Origin: Octopus sinensis
Taxonomy: Eukaryota
Reading direction: 5' to 3'
Assembly: GCF_006345805.1 (NCBI RefSeq)
Contig: NW_021826179.1
Coordinates: forward strand, 1-14,729
Length of the DNA: 14,729 nucleotides
Shown here: positions 7,384-14,729 of the stretch, one piece after another
Layout: each line of letters begins with the position of its first letter
Position numbering within the stretch: the stretch's first letter is position 1
Program-made: the position numbers and the translations under genes
The notes under the pieces: model-generated
Told to the model about the DNA's origin: nothing
Seen by the model: the letters and a program-made list of their open reading frames with translations, nothing else
Databases searched by the model: none

Positions 7384-8139
7384 TTAACATTTACATTTAC
7401 AGGCACTAATTATAGGATACTGAGCATGAATCCAGTTACAAATTTTAGCATCGGGCCAGCAATGGAAACGAAGTAAAATTATAGTTTGTGAATAGCTAGG
7501 TTTACAGCGCATGCCTGGTGGTAAGGAACACGACCGTCCTCGTTGGTGACACTGGCCTTCTTTGATCCAGCGGGGCCAGAAGCGTATACCCAGGTCCTTC
7601 CACGTATATATGACAGGACAATATGTGTACGTCCGGATAAACTTAGCCACTTTTCTCTTCGCTTCTGTCTTAACTTTCAAATCCAACTGTCGGAAACGTC
7701 TCCCAGTTTCATCCTTGAGGTTAATGCGCCCGAATCGAGCTAGAAATGGGGGCCGTCTCCCCACAGGGTAACCCCTCTGAAAGCGCAAGGCGAGGGTCCC
7801 GTTAGGCTTTGTGATACTTTCCTTCGGTCGTTCCACAGACATGAATTCGTCGATAAAAAACCGTCCGAGTAGTTTACGTAAAATCTCCGGCTTTAGGTTT
7901 TCAGCCCTCGGATCGTGTTTTTTGTCGGGTTTCTCGTTTAGGTTGACAGGAAGTGAGTCAGAAGGCACTATGGGAAATTTAGGCCGTTTGGTGACGACAT
8001 TCTTTTCATGACTCTTTCGCAATAGGTTGTAATCACTGAAGCTACTGCTCCCGCTGCCGGCAACACACACAACACAGAGAAGAAGAAGAGGAAGGGATCC
8101 AGCAAGCTTCGAACTCAACATATCCAGATCAGAGCGCAT
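7384..8139 (-). CDS. nog: Noggin (secreted cystine-knot BMP antagonist), 251 aa, coding sequence uninterrupted
   Basis: Hydrophobic signal peptide (LAGSLPLLLLCVVCVAG); clip segment PSDSLPVNLNEKPD..HDP..LRKLLG...FMS; basic segment; C-terminal CPVIYTWKDLGIRFWPRWIKEGQC...SCSLPPGMRCKP...LRFHC...CNWIHAQYPIISACKCKC with all 9 noggin cysteines. ATG at 8139 has A at -3; an alternative in-frame ATG is at 8121. Confidence 0.96.
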   Translation of the reverse strand: MRSDLDMLSSKLAGSLPLLLLCVVCVAGSGSSSFSDYNLLRKSHEKNVVTKRPKFPIVPSDSLPVNLNEKPDKKHDPRAENLKPEILRKLLGRFFIDEFMSVERPKESITKPNGTLALRFQRGYPVGRRPPFLARFGRINLKDETGRRFRQLDLKVKTEAKRKVAKFIRTYTYCPVIYTWKDLGIRFWPRWIKEGQCHQRGRSCSLPPGMRCKPSYSQTIILLRFHCWPDAKICNWIHAQYPIISACKCKC

Positions 8140-8140
8140 C

Positions 8141-8178
8141 CTAGGGGTAAAATAAAAGAAAGAAGGCAGATTTTAGTA
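8141..8178 (-). other. 3' splice site (branch point, polypyrimidine tract, AG) directly upstream of the noggin ATG
   Basis: Minus strand: TACTAAAAT-CTGCCTTCTTTCTTTTATTTTACCCC-TAG|G-ATG. Branch-like TACTAA at 8178-8173; AG at 8142-8141. Confidence 0.72.
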
Positions 8179-8181
8179 CGA

Positions 8182-8293
8182 AATAATAATAATGATGATG
8201 ATGAAGATGATGATGATGAAGATGATGATGATGAAGAGGATGATGATGATGAGGATGAGGATGATGAGGATGATGATGATGATGAGGATGATG

Positions 8294-8360
<67 letters not shown>

Positions 8361-8383
8361 GGATGATGAGGATGATGATGATG

Positions 8384-8417
<34 letters not shown>

Positions 8418-8510
8418 GGATGATGATGATGATGATGATGAATGATGATGATGGTGATAATGATGATGATGGATGATGATGATGAGGGTGATGATGATGA
8501 TGATGATGAT
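8182..8510. repeat. (AAT)/(GAT/GAG)n trinucleotide repeat
   Basis: Directly visible; contains frame-breaking interruptions (GAAT, GGAT). Confidence 0.97.
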
Positions 8511-8567
8511 GAGAAGAAGACGTGGTACATGTAAAGTATTAGCAGACGCTCAGGGAAGGAAAGAAAG

Positions 8568-8810
8568 ATAGATTGAGAGAGAGACAGAGAGACAGAGAGA
8601 GAGACAGAGAGAGAGAGAGACAGACAGAGAGAGAGACAGAGAGACAGAGAGACAGAGAGAGAGAGACAGAGAGAGAGATTAGCTTAATAGAGACGGACAG
8701 AAACAGAGATAAAAAGATAGCTACAGAGAGGGGGAGGGGGAGAGAGAAGGGGAGGGGAGAGAAAGTGAAATAGAAAGAAAGATATTTAACAGCTAGATAG
8801 ACAGACAGAC

Positions 8811-8861
<51 letters not shown>

Positions 8862-8918
8862 ACGAAAGAAAGAAAGAAAGCGACTTAATAGCTAGATAGA
8901 TATGTAGACAGATAGATG

Positions 8919-8972
<54 letters not shown>

Positions 8973-9061
8973 GATAGATAGATAGATAGATAGACATGGA
9001 TAGGCAGATAGATAGACAATTAGATAGATAGAAAGATAGATAGATAGATAGACAGATAGAC

Positions 9062-9104
<43 letters not shown>

Positions 9105-9108
9105 CAGT

Positions 9109-9196
<88 letters not shown>

Positions 9197-9200
9197 AAGA
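8568..9200. repeat. Compound (GA/GACA)n, (GAAA)n and (GATA)n microsatellites
   Basis: Directly visible: GA/GACA about 8568-8770, GAAA about 8810-8880, GATA about 8895-9195. Confidence 0.97.
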
Positions 9201-9643
9201 AAGACAGCACGTTATCCCACCCCAATAGGCCATCCTTTCTTCGCCGAAAATACATACAAGAACAAGAACAACAACAGCAGCAAGCAACAGCAACCACAAC
9301 AACAAAAGCAACAACTCCGTGGTGACGGAAGCAACAATAGTTTAATGGCCGATTCGTCCGACAAACAACCAAAAACAGGAAGTGTTACGAAGATTTTTTT
9401 GGAACAATAAACTGAAATAACTCAAACAAGGGAGCGAGTCAATTTAGAAAGAGGTCTGGGTGAGGTTAGTGTGTATAAAATGAATATTTATGACACCATA
9501 CTGCCGAGATTTAGCTTGTTTCGATGACAGCTGAATGTCAATGGCGGCAGAGAAACTGTCGTCTGCTCTCTTCCAGTTTTATTTTCAAACAATGCGTAAT
9601 GTTTTACTATGGCTGCCCACCTCTCCCGTTCCATCCCTTCGCC

Positions 9644-9691
9644 GTTTATTTAAATAAACTTCCTGAGTTGGTTGTTTTATACTTCCTGAGT
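9644..9691 (-). promoter_or_regulatory. Candidate noggin core promoter: TATAAAA flanked by two ETS-type CAGGAAGT sites
   Basis: Minus strand ACTCAGGAAG-TATAAAA-CAACCA-ACTCAGGAAGT-TTATTTAAATAAAC. TATA at 9681-9675; 11-bp direct repeat ACTTCCTGAGT at 9658-9668 and 9681-9691; it lies in the only sizeable unique island upstream of noggin. Confidence 0.4.
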
Positions 9692-9694
9692 CGT

Positions 9695-10550
9695 AGAGAG
9701 AGAGAGTGTGTGTGTGCGTGTGTGTGTGTATCCGTGTGTGTGTGTGTGTATCCGTGTGTGTGTGTATCCGTGTGTGTGTGTGTGTATCCGTGTGTGTGTG
9801 TATCCGTGTGTGTGTGTGTGTGTGTATGAATGTGTGTGTGTGTGTGTGTAAAAACGCATCTGTTCTTGCTCCTGTGTGTGTGCATACGTATATATGCATC
9901 TATGCATGTATGCATGTAGGATGTATGTATGTGTTTGTATATATATGTATGTATGTACGCATTTATGTATGTATGTATGTATGTATGTATGTATGTATGT
10001 ATGTATGTATGTATGTATGTATGTATGTATGTATGTATACATCTATGCATGTATGTATGTATGTTTGTATGTATGTATGTTTGTATGTATGTATGTATGT
10101 ATGTATGTATGTATGTATGTGTGTACGCATCTATGCATGTAGGATGTAGGTATATTTGTTTGTATGTATGTGTGTGTTTATATATATATGTATGTATGTG
10201 TGTATGTATGCGTGTATGTATGCATGTATGTATGTATGTATGTATGCATCTATGCATGTATGCATGTAGGATATATGTATGTTTGTATGTATGTGTGTGT
10301 ATATATATGTATGTATGTACGCATCTATGTATGTATGTATGTATGTATGTATGTATGTATGTATGTATGTATGTATGCATGTAGGATGTATGTATGTATG
10401 TTTGTGTGTATGTATGTACGCATCTATGTATGTATGTGTGTATGTATGTATGCATGCATGTATGCATGTATGCATCTATATATGTATGTATATATGTATG
10501 TACGTATGTATGTATGCATGTATGCATATATGTATACGTGTATGTGTGTA
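9695..10550. repeat. (GA)/(GT)n with TATCC(GT)n sub-units, then (TATG)n with recurring GCATCTATGCATGTAGGAT motifs
   Basis: Directly visible. Confidence 0.96.
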
Positions 10551-10552
10551 TA

Positions 10553-10955
10553 GAACATCATTGGCCTGGGGCTAAACAACAACAACAGTTATAGCCACTA
10601 ATACTAACTACTATAATGCACATTAGTCAATGTAGTCCTAGATACACTATGCCTGAATAAAAGATGGGGTGGTCACAGCTGGAACATCTTTGATCATTGG
10701 TCTGTCTGGATCAGGACTGACCTGGGGCTAAACAACAACAACAACTATAGCCACTAATACTTGCTACTATACATTAGATAATGTAGTCCTAGATACACTA
10801 TGCCTGAATGAAAGATGAGATGGTCACAGCTGGAACATCTTTGATCATGGGTCTGTCTGCTGGATCAAGACTGACCTGTGGCTAAACAACAACTATAGCC
10901 TCTAATACTAACTACTATGCTGTACATTAGATAATGTAGTCCTAGATACACTATG
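10553..10955 (+). repeat. Tandem repeat of a ~155-bp unit (about 2.6 copies), each containing a retroposon-like 3' end with a (CAA)n tail
   Basis: CCTG(G/T)GGCTAAACAAC at 10565, 10721 and 10875 (periods 156 and 154); AATGTAGTCCTAGATACACTATG occurs three times. Confidence 0.9.
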
Positions 10956-11075
10956 TCACTATGATGGTCAGAGCTAGGATGCGATCCTCCTGATACAGGA
11001 AGTCTTTGAGGGCGCCCAAGGAAACCAAGGGATCACGAGCCACCCATCTCACCGGCAGCAGTTACTAAATATCTT

Positions 11076-14000
11076 GGATCTGTTTCTTAAACGAGGGACA
11101 TATTCATACGGCACAGAATGTGTTCACCTCAATAGACGTCATTGATTGGTTGAAATTGCAGAAATTGAAAAAAAAATATATATCTTACAAACTATAGAAT
11201 TTTCTCAATAAAGCCAAGAGAAAAGATGTTTTATAACACATTCTACCAGTATACGAAGTTTAAAATTGTTTAGTTACGTGGAATTATTTTTAAAAACTGC
11301 CGTTCAAACCGAAAATCCGTTTAGGTTAGGGTTAGGTTATGGGTGGGGGTAAGGGTATCTTTTTTTTCTTCAGAAATGTAAATAAACCCAATCTCTTTCT
11401 TAAACGAGGACATATTCATACGGCACAGAATGCTTTCACCTCAATAGACGTCATTGATTGGTTGAAATTGCAGAAATTGAAGAAAAACAACAACAAATAT
11501 CTTACAAACTATAGAATTTTCTCAATAAAGCCAAGAGAAAAAGATTTTTATAAACACATTCTACCAGTATACGAAGTTTAAAAGTGTTTAGTTACGTGGA
11601 AATTATTTTTAAAAACTGCCGCTCAAACCGAAAAGATCCGTTTAGGTTAGGGTTAGGGTTAGGGGTGGGGGTAAGGGTATCTTTTTTTTCTTCAGAAATG
11701 TAAATAAACCCAATCTGTTTCTTAAACGAGGGACATATTCATACGGCACGGAATGCTTTCACCTCAATAGATGTCATTGATTGGTTGAAATTGCAGAAAC
11801 GGAAGAAAAAAAACAACAAATATCTTACAAACTATAGAATTTTCTCAATAAAGCCAAGAGAAAAAGATGTTTTATAAACACATTCTACCAGTATACGAAG
11901 TTTAAAAGTGTTTAGTTACGTGGAAATTATTTTTAAAAACTGCCGTTCAAACCGAAAAGATCCGTTTAGGTTAGGGTTAGGGTTAGGGGTGGGGGTAAGG
12001 GTATCTTTTTTTTCTTCAGAATGTAAATAAACCCAATCTGTTTCTTAAACGAGGGACATATTCATACGGCACGGAATGCTTTCACCTCAATAGATGTCAT
12101 TGATTGGTTGAAATTGCAGAAAGAAACGGAAGAAGAAAAAACAACAAATATCTTACAAACTATAGAATTTTCTCAATAAAGCCAAGAGAAAAAGATGTTT
12201 TATAAACACATTCTACCAGTATACGAAGTTTAAAAGTGTTTAGTTACGTGGAAATTATTTTAGAAAACTGCCGGTCAAACCGAAAAGATCTCTGTTTCTT
12301 AAACGAGGGACATATTCATACGGCACAGAATGTTTTCACCGCAATAGACGTCATTGATTAGTTGAAATTGCAGAAATTGAAAAAAAAATATATATCTTAC
12401 AAACTATAGAATTTTCTCAATAAAGCCAAGAGAAAAAGATGTTTTATAAACACATTCTACCAGTATACGAAGTTTAAAATTGTTTAGTTACGTGGAAATT
12501 ATTTTTAAAAACTGCCGTTCAAACCGAAAAGATCCGTTTAGGTTAGGGTTAGGGTTATGGGTGGGGGTAAGGGTATCTTTTTTTTCTTCAGAAATGTAAA
12601 TAAACCCAATCTCTTTCTTAAACGAGGGACATATTCATACGGCACAGAATGCTTTCACCTCAATAGACGTCATTGATTGGTTGAAATTGCAGAAATTGAA
12701 GAAAAACAACAACAAATATCTTACAAACTATAGAATGTTCTCAATTAAGCCAAGAGAAAAAGATGTTTTATAAACACATTCTACCAGTATACGAAGTTTA
12801 AAAGTGTTTAGTTACGTGGAAATTATTTTTAAAAACTGCCGCTCAAACCGAAAAGATCCGTTTAGGTTAGGGTTAGGGTTAGGGGTGGGGGTAAGGGTAT
12901 CTTTTTTTTCTTCAGAAATGTAAATAAACCCAATCTGTTTCTTAAACGAGGGACATATTCATACGGCACGGAATGCTTTCACCTCAATAGATGTCATTGA
13001 TTGGTTGAAATTGCAGAAACGGAAGAAGAAAAAAAACAACAAATATCTTACAAACTATAGAATTTTCTCAATAAAGCCAAGAGAAAAAGATGTTTTATAA
13101 ACACATTCTACCAGTATACGAAGTTTAAAAGTGTTTAGTTACGTGGAAATTATTTTTAAAAACTGCCGTTCAAACCGAAAAGATCCGTTTAGGTTAGGGT
13201 TAGGGTTAGGGGTGGGGGTAAGGGTATCTTTTTTTTCTTCAGAAATGTAAATAAACCCAATCTGTTTCTTAAACGAGGGACATATTCATACGGCACGGAA
13301 TGCTTTCACCTCAATAGATGTCATTGATTGGTTGAAATTGCAGAAACGGAAGAAGAAAAACAACAAATATCTTACAAACTATAGAATTTTCTCAATAAAG
13401 CCAAGAGAAAAAGATGTTTTATAAACACATTCTACCAGTATACGAAGTTTAAAAGTGTTTAGTTACGTGGAAATTATTTTAGAAAACTGCCGGTCAAACC
13501 GAAAAGATCTCTGTTTCTTAAACGAGGGACATATTCATACGGCACAGAATGTTTTCACCGCAATAGACGTCATTGATTAGTTGAAATTGCAGAAATTGAA
13601 CAAAAAAACAACAAATATCTTACAAACTATAAAATTTTCTCAATAAAGCCAAGAGAAAAAGATGTTTTATAAACACATTCTACCAGTATATGAAGTTTAA
13701 AAGTGTTTAGTTACGTGGAAATTATTTTTAAAAAATGCCGTTCAAACCGAAAAGATCCGTTTAGGTTAGGGTTAGGGTTAGGGGTGGGGGTGGTGGTAAG
13801 GTAAGGGTATCTTTTTTTTCTTCACAAATGTAAATAAACCCAATCTGTTTCTTAAACGAGGGACATATTCATACGGCAGGGAATGCTTTCACCTCAATAG
13901 ATGTCATTGATTGGTTGAAATTGCAGAAACGGAAAAGAAAAAAAACAACAATATCTTACAAACTATAGAATTTTCTCAATAAAGCCAAGAGAAAAAGATG

Positions 14001-14637
14001 TTTTATATAACACATTCTACCAGTATACGAATTTAAAAGTGTTTAGTTACGTGGAAATTATTTTAGAAACTGCCGGTCAAACCGAAAAGATCTCTGTTTC
14101 TTGAACGAGGGACATATTCATACGGCACACGAATGTTTCACCACGCCAATAGAACGTCATTGATTAGTTGAAATTGCAGAAATTGAACAAAAAAAACAAA
14201 AATATCTTCAAACGTATATAATTTTCTCATAAAGCCAAGAGAAAAAGATGTTTTATAACACATTCTATTCTACCAGTATAAAGTTTAAAGGTGTTTAGTT
14301 ACGTGGAAATTATTTTAAAAAACTGCCGATCAAACCGAAAAGACCCAAATATCTTACAAACTATAGAATTTTCTCAAAAATAAGCCAAGAGAAAAAGATG
14401 TTATATAAACACATTCTACCAGTATATGAAGTTTAAAAGTGTTTAGTTACGTGGAAATTATTTTAAAAAACTGCCGGTCAAACCGAAAAGACCCAAATAT
14501 CTTACAAACTATAGAATTTTCTCAATAAAGCCAAGAGAAAAAGATGTTTTATAAACACATTCTACCAGTATATGTTTAAAAGTGTTCAGTTGCGTGGAAA
14601 TTATTCTAAAAAACTGCCGGTCAAACCGAAAAGATCC
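11076..14637 (+). repeat. 3.56-kb tandem array of 13 units (144-334 bp) with a shared right end and TTAGGG-containing modules; probably derived from a mobile element
   Basis: Every unit ends in AAAAA(C)TGCCGNTCAAACCGAAAA(GA)(T/C)C, at 11318, 11639, 11963, 12290, 12535, 12859, 13186, 13509, 13758, 14092, about 14345, about 14493 and 14637. Confidence 0.95.
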
Positions 14638-14729
14638 GCTTTACCTAGTGGAATTTGAAAAACGTTGACTGTGGTGAAAGAGGAGGGCTTGGCCAAAAAG
14701 GAAAACGTCTGTCTGTCTTCAGCTCTCTA

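Noticed and set aside
7543-8011. Three short plus-strand ORFs (66-69 aa) overlapping noggin
   Set aside because: Antisense shadows of the noggin CDS with no recognisable motifs.
8141-9372. Poly-His/Met ORFs and the 277-aa minus-strand ORF 8539-9372 as a noggin N-terminal extension
   Set aside because: Simple-repeat translations. An in-frame TAA at 8175-8173 closes the unspliced noggin frame upstream of the ATG.
9524-10594. HTYI/MYVC-repeat ORFs up to 293 aa
   Set aside because: Translations of (TATG)n and (GT)n microsatellites.
11339-11581. 80-aa ORF within the large tandem array
   Set aside because: Not preserved in sister units because A/T-run lengths vary; no domain similarity.
14093-14345. 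Extra small indels in array unit 11 as evidence of an older, diverged unit
   Set aside because: Scattered 1-4 nt insertions and deletions look like residual long-read consensus error; cannot be judged without reads.
11076-14637. Array as a CRISPR locus or a true chromosome telomere
   Set aside because: No unique spacers or cas genes and the context is eukaryotic. TTAGGG tracts are only 2-3 units long and non-array sequence resumes at 14638.

Overview
Eukaryotic, extremely microsatellite-rich genomic DNA, very likely from an octopus (Octopodidae). The basis is tRNA-derived SINEs resembling the octopus OK/OR families as I recall them, dense TA/CA/GATA/GAT/TATG repeats and TTAGGG tracts. There is one clear protein-coding gene: a noggin (BMP antagonist) whose coding sequence is one uninterrupted 251-aa ORF on the minus strand (7384-8139). 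It is preceded by a strong 3' splice site ending 1 nt before the ATG, and by a candidate TATA/ETS promoter island at about 9200-9700. Downstream of noggin lies a 2.3-kb hierarchical ~31-bp minisatellite with 255-bp and 122-bp higher-order repeats. Upstream lie a ~155-bp tandem repeat and a 3.56-kb array of 13 units that share one fixed right end, start at three discrete left points and carry TTAGGG/G-quadruplex modules. The left third is a cluster of mobile elements: several SINEs, a 334-bp hAT (Charlie/Buster-like) MITE, and the 3' end of an RLE-type non-LTR retrotransposon. Almost all ORFs in the supplied track other than noggin and the RLE fragment are simple-repeat artefacts. No database searches were run; family names come from recalled consensus features.
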